From the IMG/VR virus record IMGVR_UViG_3300017735_001469, positions 1 through 28,031 of that record: a DNA stretch of 28,031 nucleotides. The stretch is one strand, 5' to 3'. Under the pieces are notes generated by a model. That model saw only the letters and a program-made list of their open reading frames with translations. It had not been told where the DNA came from and did no database searches. Both the position numbers and the translations under genes were made by a program. This DNA comes from a virus. Its lineage: Duplodnaviria; Caudoviricetes. How positions within the stretch are numbered: position 1 is the stretch's first letter; each line of letters opens with the position of its first letter. Positions 1 through 8,393 of the stretch are shown here, piece by piece.

Positions 1-128
1 ATAGTATTTACGTCCCACAGTGGAAGTATTTCAAGCATAGCTTCGTACCATTCTTCCCAGTCGCTCCTGTGGATTAGTTCTTCTGCCATCCACGGTTCAA
101 AATCAAAATCGAAATCTTCTTTAGCCAT
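1..128 (-). CDS. 5' part of a gene running off the window edge; N-terminus resembles phage GH19 (chitinase/lysozyme-like) endolysins
   Basis: Manual translation: MAKEDFDFDFEPWMAEELIHRSDWEEWYEAMLEILPLWDVNT. AGAGGA RBS; the ATG overlaps the upstream TAA (TAATG). The W..A...ILP..+.NT pattern precedes the AxFLAQ.xHES motif in GH19 endolysins, but the catalytic part is outside the window. Confidence 0.5.
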   Translation of the reverse strand, partial: MAKEDFDFDFEPWMAEELIHRSDWEEWYEAMLEILPLWDVNT

Positions 129-280
129 TATTTCTTATCCTCTATATTAGTACAGTGTCCGCATCTACAATGCTTGCATATTGATGTGCCTATAGGTAAG
201 CTATTCATACCCATTGATGTTTCTTGTGATATATGTGTACCGCAATGACTAGGTCTTCCGCAGTTATCGCAGTACTTCAT
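128..280 (-). CDS. Small Cys/His-rich protein (50 aa), putative Zn-binding
   Basis: Not in the ORF track. Manual translation: MKYCDNCGRPSHCGTHISQETSMGMNSLPIGTSICKHCRCGHCTNIEDKK*. It fills the gap between its neighbours exactly: it starts just after the upstream stop and its TAA overlaps the next ATG. Confidence 0.75.
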   Translation of the reverse strand: MKYCDNCGRPSHCGTHISQETSMGMNSLPIGTSICKHCRCGHCTNIEDKK

Positions 281-281
281 A

Positions 282-1001
282 TTAGAGTCTTTCAACGACA
301 AGTGTATGTCCTTGGTTTTCGAGTGTTAGTGTTTTTTTGCCAAACTTGGTAACATTGTAATCACCGAGATATTTAGTTAAAAATAATATTTCAGCATAGT
401 CGTTCATATTTATTTTTTCACTTAAATTTTCATTTATATAATGTGTAGTATTAAAGTCTTTTATAGTAAATCCAACAGCATCAGAAAATGCTCGTTTGAT
501 TACTAATTCGTCTCCGTATATTTCAATACCTTCCATAAAGCTCTTACTAAAGAAATCTTTGAAGTTATTCATATTACTTTCTTGCACAACAGTATCATTG
601 TATATACTTTGATCTGCTGGAATCATTTCTGATAGGTTATCTGAAGTTGCATCGTAACTTGTAAAACTTTTGTGGTATCGAAATCTAAAGTTATCAATCT
701 CTGCTAGTTTTCCGACGCCATCTAACAAGTTTGAAATATTTGCAGGAACTTTTTTGTTTCTTTCCATCTCTACAAATACTTTATAAACGTTGTTTTCTAT
801 TTCGCCTGGAGTAGCATCTGCATCAAGTACAAAGCCGTATCCTTTTTCAATAAAGTCTACAAGATCCTTTGCAGCTTGTTCGTCAAGCACACTAAAACTT
901 ACTACTACAATATCTTCGTCTGTTCCCATTTTACTTTGAAAACTATCTACTTCAAATACTGATTTTACCAAGTCGTGTAAATCGTTAGCTCTTAATCCCA
1001 T
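282..1001 (-). CDS. Hypothetical phage protein (239 aa)
   Basis: Long ORF, translationally coupled (TAATG) to the upstream gene; no recognisable catalytic motif. Confidence 0.8.
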   Translation of the reverse strand: MGLRANDLHDLVKSVFEVDSFQSKMGTDEDIVVVSFSVLDEQAAKDLVDFIEKGYGFVLDADATPGEIENNVYKVFVEMERNKKVPANISNLLDGVGKLAEIDNFRFRYHKSFTSYDATSDNLSEMIPADQSIYNDTVVQESNMNNFKDFFSKSFMEGIEIYGDELVIKRAFSDAVGFTIKDFNTTHYINENLSEKINMNDYAEILFLTKYLGDYNVTKFGKKTLTLENQGHTLVVERL

Positions 1002-1582
1002 TATACTGCTCCTGGTGCAGGAGCTGGTGCTGCCCCTCCTGCTGGTGCAGCCGGCGGTGCTGCTGCGGGTGGTGCTATTGGTGGTGGCATTGCACCTCCT
1101 GCTGGTGCTGGAGCACCTGCTGCACCTTGTGCTTCATTATCCGGTAAATCAATAGTTTCAACATCGCCACCGTAAATACTAATAATTAATTTTTTAGGCA
1201 TAGTAATATGTACTAGCCATACTGGAACTTTATCAAGTTTTCCTTTTTTAGTTCCAGGACGAAGGTCATCTGGTTTCTTTATTTGACGAGGTTTGATAAT
1301 ACTTGTTTTTTCGTATTGTACTTTACAATCGTAATCTAACAAACGTTTGCCGCCTTCAGGATCTGGCATAGATTTCTTTGGCCACATAAAACTACATTTA
1401 ACCCAATGACGATCAATTTCTGGGCCAGCTGCTAGTTCGCCTTCCTCCCAGTTGTCATATACATACAATCCTAACTCATCAATGACTCTTTCGAAGTCTT
1501 TGAGTACTGCAAACGCACGATCGTTTTCATAGATCGAACTAAGATTTTCTATTACATCAAGAGTGTCTAATATATTAGGCAT
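1001..1582 (-). CDS. Hypothetical phage protein with an Ala/Pro/Gly-rich disordered C-terminal tail
   Basis: The ORF track starts at 1615. ATG at 1582 (MPNILDTLD) has a GAGGA RBS and lies downstream of a GATAAATA motif, so it is the better start. Confidence 0.8.
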   Translation of the reverse strand: MPNILDTLDVIENLSSIYENDRAFAVLKDFERVIDELGLYVYDNWEEGELAAGPEIDRHWVKCSFMWPKKSMPDPEGGKRLLDYDCKVQYEKTSIIKPRQIKKPDDLRPGTKKGKLDKVPVWLVHITMPKKLIISIYGGDVETIDLPDNEAQGAAGAPAPAGGAMPPPIAPPAAAPPAAPAGGAAPAPAPGAV

Positions 1583-1605
1583 TGTGGTCCTCGCTTTATT
1601 ATAAC

Positions 1606-1613
1606 TATTTATC
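1606..1613 (-). promoter_or_regulatory. Late-promoter-like motif GATAAATA
   Basis: Intergenic, about 24 nt upstream of ATG 1582. Matches the T4-type gp55 late promoter consensus (TATAAATA / NATAAATA) and recurs before other genes. Confidence 0.65.
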
Positions 1614-1670
1614 ACCTATAGTAATGTTAGTAAAATAATTCACTACGTATATAATATGATCGTAAAAAGA

Positions 1671-1741
1671 GTAAATACGATGCAGGGGAAGGTTTCCTGC
1701 AAAGGAAACAACCACCCTGTTCTAACTCATAGGAGGACTAC
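1671..1741 (+). promoter_or_regulatory. phoH leader: GTAAATA late-like motif, structured 5' UTR and AGGAGG RBS
   Basis: GTAAATA at 1671-1677. Hairpin GTTTCCT-GCAA-AGGAAAC at 1692-1709, enclosed by GCAGGG/CCCTGT (1682-1687/1715-1720). AGGAGG lies just before ATG 1742. Confidence 0.5.
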
Positions 1742-2479
1742 ATGGGTAAAGCTAGAGCCGCTAAAAGGCAAGCACATATTAAATCTAATAATAACACTAA
1801 TAATGTTGTTAAACTAAACACTTTCCTTCCAAAAAAACAACGTAACGTTGATATACTTCCAAGAAATCGCAGCCAAGAAGAATACGTCCTAGAACTACTG
1901 GATACGGATAAAAACATAGTTTTTGGTATTGGTCCAGCAGGTACAGGTAAAACACTTCTTGCATGTCAAAGTGCTGTCAAAGCATTTTTAAATGGCGAAG
2001 TAGAACGTATAGTTGTTACAAGGCCAGCAGTAAGTGCTGACGAAGATTTAGGATTCTTACCAGGAACGCTAGAAGAAAAGATGGCACCTTGGACAAGACC
2101 TATTTTTGATGTGTTTAGAGAACATTTTTATGCAAATGAAATTGAAAGTATGATTAAAGAAGGTGTTATTGAAATATCACCACTTGCATATATGCGAGGC
2201 AGAACCTTTAAAGATGCTTATATTATTGCAGACGAAATGCAAAACGCAACACCAAATCAGATGAAGATGCTACTAACACGTATTGGTACAAATTCAAAAA
2301 TGGTTGTTACGGGAGATTTAGCCCAAGCAGATAGATTAAAAGACAACGGATTACTTGACTTTGTAAAACATTTAGAAAAAAGTTCATCTAGTCGTATTAG
2401 CACTGTTACATTCCACAAAGGCGACATTGAAAGACATGAAGCAGTTAAGGAAGTATTAGAAATCTACGGAGACGTTTAA
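1742..2479 (+). CDS. phoH: PhoH-family ATPase
   Basis: Walker A GPAGTGKT plus PhoH signatures RPAV, LGFLPG, PLAYMRGRTF, ADEMQN and GDLAQAD; strong RBS. Confidence 0.96.
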   Translation: MGKARAAKRQAHIKSNNNTNNVVKLNTFLPKKQRNVDILPRNRSQEEYVLELLDTDKNIVFGIGPAGTGKTLLACQSAVKAFLNGEVERIVVTRPAVSADEDLGFLPGTLEEKMAPWTRPIFDVFREHFYANEIESMIKEGVIEISPLAYMRGRTFKDAYIIADEMQNATPNQMKMLLTRIGTNSKMVVTGDLAQADRLKDNGLLDFVKHLEKSSSSRISTVTFHKGDIERHEAVKEVLEIYGDV

Positions 2480-2727
2480 TAAGAACGTATTGAAACAGGA
2501 TGATTATATTTTTCATCCTGTTTTAATAACATCATAAGATACTCATTTTCAGTGTAGACTAACGTCCAAGAACGTTCCTTGATTGGCGGCCTACCCATTG
2601 CGTCATAAAATATTTCGCCTTGCCAATATGTCTTTAACCAAATACGCTTTTTGCTCCAACTACTGCGTGTTGGCCACCATGCGTAATGTTGATGCCATTC
2701 AACTTCTATTTCCACTGTTGGTGGCAT
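2476..2727 (-). CDS. Hypothetical Trp-rich protein (83 aa)
   Basis: Coupled to the thyA stop (TAATG). Its stop overlaps the phoH stop convergently (TTAA at 2476-2479). Confidence 0.7.
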   Translation of the reverse strand: MPPTVEIEVEWHQHYAWWPTRSSWSKKRIWLKTYWQGEIFYDAMGRPPIKERSWTLVYTENEYLMMLLKQDEKYNHPVSIRSY

Positions 2728-3605
2728 TACACTGCCATAGGTGCTTTGATACTAAGCATTGGATCGTAGTTCAACAACTGATAATCGCTTGTATTAGTAG
2801 CCAGTAGCTCGTTTAATGTTGCAAACTTAGGCATCAGTAGCGTTGGACCTTTGCGTGGCTGTCTAGTAAGTTGTTCTTTGACTTGCTCAAAGTGATTTTG
2901 ATAGATATGACAATCCCCGCCAGTCCATACAAAGTCTCCTACTTTGAGTTCAAGCAGTTGTGCAAACATATGTACCAACAAACTATAACTAGCAATATTA
3001 AAAGGCACACCTAGGAACATATCTGCACTACGTTGATACAGTTGGCAACTAAGTTCTCCATCCTGTACATAAAACTGGAACATAGTATGACAAGGCGGCA
3101 ATGCCATTACAGGTACTCGATCAGCGTTCCAGGCGCTTACAATATGACGCCTGCTGTCAGGATCGAATTTAAGACCTTCTAACACTTGTGCAATTTGATC
3201 TACGTGTCCTAGTTGTGCGTCCCAGGTGCGCCATTGGTGTCCGTAGACTGGACCCAAATCTTTTACAGTATCGTTGTTTGTATAACCCAAGTCTTTGGCT
3301 TGCTTGTCTGCATTGGCAGTCCAAATAGTATTTTTACCTACTAGTTCTTCACGTGGCTTACCATAGTGTATTTCAGCAAGTCTACGCTCGTCACTGCTTC
3401 CTTCCAAGAACCACAATAACTCACTTACTACACTTTTCCACGCAAGTTTCTTTGTAGTTACAGCAGGAAACTCGTTGCGCAAATCAAAACGCATTTGATA
3501 ACCAAATACACCACGTGTGCCTACACCTGTTCTATCGCCACGATCCTTACCGTTTTCTAAAATATATTCTAATGCTTCTAAATACTGTTTCAATATGCTT
3601 TCCAC
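2727..3605 (-). CDS. thyA: Thymidylate synthase (classical ThyA)
   Basis: Motifs [33 protein letters not shown], catalytic [23 protein letters not shown] and GDCHIY.NH. Confidence 0.97.
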   Translation of the reverse strand: MESILKQYLEALEYILENGKDRGDRTGVGTRGVFGYQMRFDLRNEFPAVTTKKLAWKSVVSELLWFLEGSSDERRLAEIHYGKPREELVGKNTIWTANADKQAKDLGYTNNDTVKDLGPVYGHQWRTWDAQLGHVDQIAQVLEGLKFDPDSRRHIVSAWNADRVPVMALPPCHTMFQFYVQDGELSCQLYQRSADMFLGVPFNIASYSLLVHMFAQLLELKVGDFVWTGGDCHIYQNHFEQVKEQLTRQPRKGPTLLMPKFATLNELLATNTSDYQLLNYDPMLSIKAPMAV

Positions 3606-4072
3606 TTGTCAATATATACATCGCCTTCACGTTGGCTACTTACTAGACCAAATGTAGTTTCAATCAAGTCTCGAGGAAGGAATGTATCGCAGTCGTATGT
3701 GCCACTAATACGGCTTAACCAAATCTCATCAATAATATCAAGACTGTCAGCAATCAACCTTGCACCGCCAATGATCCAAACATCGTCTGTCATGTCCATA
3801 GTAACACAGCGTGACTTATAAATGTCCGGACGTACTACTTCGATACGATCATGACTGTTTTCTTTCATAGTACTTGATACAATAACATTATGTCTTTTGG
3901 GCATAGGCTTGGGCATATCAGGATCGTCCCAAGTTGCTCTACCCATAACAACTGTACTGTTTAGAGTACACTCTTTGAACCATTGTTGATCTGCAGGGTT
4001 GTGTGGCCACGGAAGTGTTCCGTCTTTGCCAATGCCCCAGTTGTCATCACATGCTAGTATTGCCCTAATCAT
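3590..4072 (-). CDS. folA: Dihydrofolate reductase
   Basis: Motifs [24 protein letters not shown]+[16 protein letters not shown] and CDTFLP; adjacent to thyA. Confidence 0.95.
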   Translation of the reverse strand: MIRAILACDDNWGIGKDGTLPWPHNPADQQWFKECTLNSTVVMGRATWDDPDMPKPMPKRHNVIVSSTMKENSHDRIEVVRPDIYKSRCVTMDMTDDVWIIGGARLIADSLDIIDEIWLSRISGTYDCDTFLPRDLIETTFGLVSSQREGDVYIDKWKAY

Positions 4073-4253
4073 TGATGATCCTTTTCATTGTATCAGTTGC
4101 AGTAGTTTTAAAAAATCTTGGTGCAATACTATGTATGATTATAACAGGAACCAACAGTTGCATTTTTAATGCAATACCAAGTGCATGTTTCATGTGCTGC
4201 CAGCCTGACATATTAACTTCTTCTAAGTGTGCTTTACATTGTTTACTAAGCAT
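4065..4253 (-). CDS. Small hypothetical protein (62 aa), DUF6356-like
   Basis: Pattern HL..V...Y/W.QH...AL......+IH..P.FF..TA; fills the gap between the ferredoxin and DHFR genes. Confidence 0.6.
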   Translation of the reverse strand: MLSKQCKAHLEEVNMSGWQHMKHALGIALKMQLLVPVIIIHSIAPRFFKTTATDTMKRIIND

Positions 4254-4595
4254 TTAATCTCCTTTGCCCGGAGCCTCACTAAAGTGCTCCATTTTATTTT
4301 CTACGCCATGCCATTCTTCTGCATCAGCAGGCACATCCTCAGGCCGCATCTCTGTAATAACTGGCCACAAGTCTGAGTACTTTTGATTGAAGTCAACCCA
4401 TTCTGCTGCACCAGGTGCAGTGTCAGGAAGGATAGCATCAGCTGGACATTCTGGCTCGCAAACTCCGCAGTCGATACATTCAACTGGATTTATAACCAAC
4501 ATGTTTTCACCTTCGTAAAAACAATCTACTGGACAAACTTCTACACAATCCATGTGTTTGCATTTGATACAAGCGTCATTTACAATATATGTCAT
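4254..4595 (-). CDS. fdxA: 7Fe ([3Fe-4S]/[4Fe-4S]) ferredoxin, FdxA type
   Basis: [44 protein letters not shown] and the C-terminal W..FN..YS..WPVIT...FS..PG.GD typical of proteobacterial FdxA. Confidence 0.93.
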   Translation of the reverse strand: MTYIVNDACIKCKHMDCVEVCPVDCFYEGENMLVINPVECIDCGVCEPECPADAILPDTAPGAAEWVDFNQKYSDLWPVITEMRPEDVPADAEEWHGVENKMEHFSEAPGKGD

Positions 4596-5506
4596 AGTGC
4601 TCCTAGTCTAATAAGTGTTGCAGCCAAGTTAATCTCTGGGTCTACAACCAACGTATGATCAACCAACCCTTGCTTGATAGTTAGCACTGCTTGATCCTGT
4701 TGAGCGTCACTTCCGAATAGTTCTACGTTGTCATACAACCAGCGATAGATTTCTTCCATCTCTTCTGCACGTACTGTACCACACAACAGTTTTCTAGCAT
4801 CGTGAATCTTACCTGCCTTAAACAGTTCAACCATATCCAGTTTCCAGTCTGCTTCGCCACTGTCGCCTTCATTGGGTTTTGTAAGCACACCGTCTACACT
4901 GTTCATTTGTACTGTGTTGATACATTTACGCAAGTCTGGATATGTTGCTTTTACATATGTATCAAGCGTATCCAAGTCTGGAGTTACACCTTCTGTAATA
5001 AGGATCTCTGCAACTCTTGCTGTAAACTCTGTTTGGTCAATCTTAGCAATGTGAAAGCCTTGACATCTGCTGTGGATAGCTGGAATAATTCTGTTAGGAT
5101 AGTTACACGTTAGAATAAAACGTGCTGTAGTATGATACTCCTCCATAACACCACGTAATGCTGCCTGTGCGTTTGGCGACAAATAATCAGCCTCGTCTAG
5201 TAGTACAACCTTAAAGTCACCAAATGGGATCATCTGTACAAACGAAACAATCTTGTCACGTACATCGTCGACACTGTTTGTACGACTTGCGTTGATCTCT
5301 AGTATGTCTAATGGATTAACATCGAGTTCATTAAACAACAGTTTTGCAAGTGTTGTCTTGCCGATGCCAGCATTACCGCTAAACAGCAAATGCGGAATAG
5401 TACTGTCTTTGATCCAAGTGTTTACTTGATTTCGTTGTGCATCATCTCTAAACACATAACCTTCTACCGTCTTGGGACGATACTTCTCTACCCATAGTTC
5501 TTTCAT
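4592..5506 (-). CDS. Sliding-clamp loader small subunit (RFC / T4 gp44-like AAA+ ATPase)
   Basis: Motifs [42 protein letters not shown] and YPDLRK.IN. The start was moved from 5524 to 5506 (GGAG RBS, ATGA overlap with the upstream stop). Confidence 0.95.
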   Translation of the reverse strand: MKELWVEKYRPKTVEGYVFRDDAQRNQVNTWIKDSTIPHLLFSGNAGIGKTTLAKLLFNELDVNPLDILEINASRTNSVDDVRDKIVSFVQMIPFGDFKVVLLDEADYLSPNAQAALRGVMEEYHTTARFILTCNYPNRIIPAIHSRCQGFHIAKIDQTEFTARVAEILITEGVTPDLDTLDTYVKATYPDLRKCINTVQMNSVDGVLTKPNEGDSGEADWKLDMVELFKAGKIHDARKLLCGTVRAEEMEEIYRWLYDNVELFGSDAQQDQAVLTIKQGLVDHTLVVDPEINLAATLIRLGAL

Positions 5507-5781
5507 TCTATTAGTGTGCTCCACTTTTTAAGTTTGTTTTTCTTTACATCTGCACGATCGTGTAATTCACGCCAATCTGTAATACCGTGTCCTACCATAA
5601 GTTCAATCATACAATGTACATCTCCGATTTCCTCTACTAGTTTAACACGTTGATCTTCTTCAATCAAGTCGAAAGTTTCGTACTTGCGCATTATTTTACT
5701 ACAACGTTGTGTAAGTTCTCCACACTCTTCCATTGTGATTGTCATCAACTGCTGTAGTGTGTTAATAGGACTATCTTTCAT
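5503..5781 (-). CDS. MazG-like all-alpha NTP pyrophosphohydrolase
   Basis: Acidic motif pair EECGEL...EEIGDV. The likely start is ATG 5781 (MKDSPIN) after a GGAGG RBS, rather than 5856. Confidence 0.75.
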   Translation of the reverse strand: MKDSPINTLQQLMTITMEECGELTQRCSKIMRKYETFDLIEEDQRVKLVEEIGDVHCMIELMVGHGITDWRELHDRADVKKNKLKKWSTLIE

Positions 5782-5935
5782 ATTCTTGTTTATACCTCCA
5801 GTTACAATATGCTTCCCAACCATATTCATACATAGCATATGCAACAATAAAGCCAACCCACGGAATACTAAATGCAGCAGTCATCATAAGATCTGCTGTT
5901 AAAAATGCTGCGGGATAATCATACCAACGTATCAA
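5771..5935 (-). CDS. Small putative membrane protein (54 aa)
   Basis: Not in the ORF track. TTG start overlaps the exonuclease TGA, with an AGGA RBS. Translation: MIRWYDYPAAFLTADLMMTAAFSIPWVGFIVAYAMYEYGWEAYCNWRYKQEYER*, with a hydrophobic core. Confidence 0.6.
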   Translation of the reverse strand: MIRWYDYPAAFLTADLMMTAAFSIPWVGFIVAYAMYEYGWEAYCNWRYKQEYER

Positions 5936-6456
5936 CGCTGTATTCCTAACTCTTTGTATACCATTTGTACACCTTTTGCTTGGAAGTAAGCATCTGCTAG
6001 TGCGTTGTGCAAGTCACTTTGCATTGCTTTACGTGGATCTACTTTTGCCATTGAGAATAGTGTGCGGCTATCACGCACTTGCCAAAACTGCCACGGAATA
6101 GGTTTGCCCTGCTGCCGCAACATATCTTCAATGATAGTAATATCAAAACCGTAACCATGTCCCCATAGTACATCAACGCCTACCATCCACTTGGGCAAAC
6201 TATCAAGAAACACATCTTGATGTTCTCTACCTTCTGTGCCAAATGCTTCGTCTTGTACTTTTTGATCTTGCTGACCCCACCAAGCAATGGTGCTATCATT
6301 TACACTACGATCTTGTGAGTCTAAATCTAGTTTGTAGTAAAACTCGCTATGCGGTTCAGCATCACTATTGGGATTAAACTTTACGCCACCAACTGTAAGC
6401 ACAGTTGCTTGCGGAGTTACATCCAGTGTTTCTAAGTCGATCATTGCGTGAATCAT
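5932..6456 (-). CDS. DEDDh 3'-5' exonuclease (DnaQ-like; T4 DexA / Rv2179c-type)
   Basis: ExoI MIDLETL, ExoII WGHGYGFD, RDSRTL and ExoIII HNALADA. Start set at 6456 (GAGG RBS). Confidence 0.9.
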   Translation of the reverse strand: MIHAMIDLETLDVTPQATVLTVGGVKFNPNSDAEPHSEFYYKLDLDSQDRSVNDSTIAWWGQQDQKVQDEAFGTEGREHQDVFLDSLPKWMVGVDVLWGHGYGFDITIIEDMLRQQGKPIPWQFWQVRDSRTLFSMAKVDPRKAMQSDLHNALADAYFQAKGVQMVYKELGIQR

Positions 6457-6486
6457 AATATGCCTCATTGTTGCTTTGTATATTTT

Positions 6487-6515
6487 ATATTACGGCATAA
6501 CTTTCTTTTTGTCAA
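6487..6515 (-). promoter_or_regulatory. Sigma70-type promoter TTGACA-N17-TAATAT driving the exonuclease/clamp-loader/thyA block
   Basis: -35 TTGACA at 6515-6510, 17-nt spacer, -10 TAATAT at 6492-6487; overlaps the last codons of the radical SAM gene. Confidence 0.7.
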
Positions 6516-7398
6516 GCGAAATCTTTTCTACACTGCCGGAGTTAATAGGACACAAAACACATTGTGGTATGCTATTTGAAAGTGCAGATACTTGATCTTC
6601 TAAGGTATTTGAAAACGCATCAACAGGTTTATAACTTTCATAAAGATCTTTATCTTGTTGTCTTACAGGATACTTCTTAACAAATGCTTGTGCTCCTACA
6701 ACTGTGCCGCATTTGTACATTTTACCTTTGTATATATACGGGCAGTCGTTGTGCCAACATGCAGTATGTGCCTGTTCTCGATCGCTTTCATAAAAGTTAT
6801 AAACACCGTTGTCGACACTCTTTACACCCCATGGCATAAACTTGTCTTTGTAGTTTATTATAAATGCAGGATGATCGCCTACAAGAATAGCTTCTTCGTA
6901 ATAGCACCCAGCATGACGTGCTTGATCTTTGATAAAGTTATTTTTTGTTACCTTATACTTTTCATATTTGCCATCTAATACCTTGTCAATGATTGCAAAT
7001 GCTTTAGGAACATGATCTTGAGAATGAAAACTAAGTTCAATAGTAACTCCTCTGTCAAACCAAGATTTCATTTTATCTGCATATTTGGATAATAAAGTTC
7101 CGTTTGTTACAACTCTAAAATCTCTACAAGTAAATACATCACGTAGTCCGTGTACCCAGTTGTCTAAATCGTTGTTTGTAAAAGGTTCACCACCGATAAT
7201 GCCAAAGTCATTTACATGAAGTTTTTCACTCCACCTATGTGCTTCTCTTTCAAAGTCACTAAACTTTTCTTGTCCACTAATGGCAAAGTTATTGAAGTTA
7301 CTACAGTTTGTACAAGTTAGGTTACAACTATGGCCAATATACCATTGTAATGCATGAACTAGTACCTTTCCATTTTTAAGGATTTTACCGTTTAGCAT
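6490..7398 (-). CDS. Radical SAM enzyme with C-terminal auxiliary Cys cluster (paralog A)
   Basis: CNLTCTNC (CxxxCxxC), GGEP and TNG motifs. C-terminal C.....C...YKG..YKCG...PQC..C suggests a SPASM/twitch-like second Fe-S site. Confidence 0.9.
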   Translation of the reverse strand: MLNGKILKNGKVLVHALQWYIGHSCNLTCTNCSNFNNFAISGQEKFSDFEREAHRWSEKLHVNDFGIIGGEPFTNNDLDNWVHGLRDVFTCRDFRVVTNGTLLSKYADKMKSWFDRGVTIELSFHSQDHVPKAFAIIDKVLDGKYEKYKVTKNNFIKDQARHAGCYYEEAILVGDHPAFIINYKDKFMPWGVKSVDNGVYNFYESDREQAHTACWHNDCPYIYKGKMYKCGTVVGAQAFVKKYPVRQQDKDLYESYKPVDAFSNTLEDQVSALSNSIPQCVLCPINSGSVEKISLDKKKVMP

Positions 7399-8015
7399 TT
7401 ATCCACTTGTATGTTTTGTTTTTTCTTGGTAGGAAAAACAAAATCCTCTGCGTGATGTTCACGTCTAGGACGAGTTTCGTCTTTGTATCCTATACCCATC
7501 AACAAATGCACATGTGTATCAATATCCAATATTTCTGCAACCTGTGCAGGATCAAAACATGCACAACATCCTGTGCTATACCCTAACATACTTGATGTAA
7601 TATTTGCATAACCTGCTGCAATACCCACAGCCATGTGTTTGTCTTTCAACAAGTCTTCTGGTTTTTCTAAGTCCTTACTTGGAACAAATACATCTCCAAA
7701 AATATTTTCTTTTGGTTCGTCATCTGATTCTGCAAATACTATTAATAAGTTTGCTAAAACTTGACTATTTGTGATAGTTTCGTTTGTTTGAAAGTTAGAG
7801 ATAAAACCGTCTGTTGTTTCATATATACGTTCAATTTTATCTCTATCTGTAACAAATATAACTTTGTAATACGCTACATTTTGTTTACTAGGACAATCAG
7901 CAACTGCTGTTCTTATAACGTCAATATCCTCATCTGGAATAGTTTTACTTAAATCCCAGTTACGTTGACAATGTTGACTTCTAATAATTGCTTTTTTAAT
8001 ATCAGATTTATTCAC
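7392..8015 (-). CDS. Nitroreductase-family flavoprotein
   Basis: R..+R.W...IP.EDI..I..A...CPSKQN (FMN-binding pattern), GIAAG.......LGYSTG and +L+GIGY; GTG start with AAGGAG RBS. Confidence 0.85.
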   Translation of the reverse strand: MNKSDIKKAIIRSQHCQRNWDLSKTIPDEDIDVIRTAVADCPSKQNVAYYKVIFVTDRDKIERIYETTDGFISNFQTNETITNSQVLANLLIVFAESDDEPKENIFGDVFVPSKDLEKPEDLLKDKHMAVGIAAGYANITSSMLGYSTGCCACFDPAQVAEILDIDTHVHLLMGIGYKDETRPRREHHAEDFVFPTKKKQNIQVDKC

Positions 8016-8033
8016 GGCAGTTCTCCTTTGTAA

Positions 8034-8041
8034 TATTTATC
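8034..8041 (-). promoter_or_regulatory. Late-promoter-like motif GATAAATA upstream of the nitroreductase-rSAM pair
   Basis: Overlaps the NTP-PPase stop codon, about 19 nt before GTG 8015; same octamer as before the structural genes. Confidence 0.6.
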
Positions 8042-8393
8042 TTACAAACTGAGCTAGTTCAGGAGCCTTCCAGCCTTCTGGCTTTAGCACTTTGCCATCT
8101 TCACGTTTGCGAACTTTGCCTGTATCTGGATCAATCTTTGCAAAGTTTGTATCCATCACTTCTTTCCAGGCACCTTCGCCATCAAATCCACCTGCACGAA
8201 TTGCACCCATAGTAACAACAAGGATGTCTACTAATGCATCAAGTTGTTCTACACGATCATTTGCCATTACTGCTTCTTCAAGCTCAGCAACTTCTTCGTC
8301 AATAAGACTTAGATACATTTTGTAGTTTGCTTCACTTGCTGGTTGGTCACATGCTGTGCCAAAGCGTTCAATATCTTCAAATGGGTTTGTCAT
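8037..8393 (-). CDS. MazG-superfamily NTP pyrophosphatase (PRA-PH / DR2231-like, possible dUTPase)
   Basis: Motifs LIDEEVAEL, LDALVDILVV..G, W.EV...N.AK and R.DGKVLKPEGW. Confidence 0.85.
   Translation of the reverse strand: MTNPFEDIERFGTACDQPASEANYKMYLSLIDEEVAELEEAVMANDRVEQLDALVDILVVTMGAIRAGGFDGEGAWKEVMDTNFAKIDPDTGKVRKREDGKVLKPEGWKAPELAQFVR

Noticed and set aside
1001-1140. GC-rich repetitive tract (gctggtgc-like units) as a repeat array or CRISPR
   Set aside because: It is the coding sequence of an Ala/Pro/Gly low-complexity tail, with no fixed-length repeat-spacer structure.
1621-1680. Pho box or sigma70 promoter upstream of phoH
   Set aside because: No convincing 11-bp-spaced CTGTCAT-like direct repeats. 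A TATAAT at 1650-1655 has only a weak -35 (TTAGTA) in very AT-rich DNA, so it was not called.
2727-3605. ThyA as a dCMP/dUMP hydroxymethylase for base modification
   Set aside because: It keeps the canonical dUMP-specifying Asn (PFNIASY) and all standard ThyA motifs, and is paired with DHFR as in ordinary dTMP synthesis.
5782-5856. N-terminal extensions given by the ORF track (starts at 5856, 5524, 1615, 6468)
   Set aside because: Downstream ATGs have better RBS, coupling and family-typical N-termini; the 5856 extension overlaps a more plausible small ORF.
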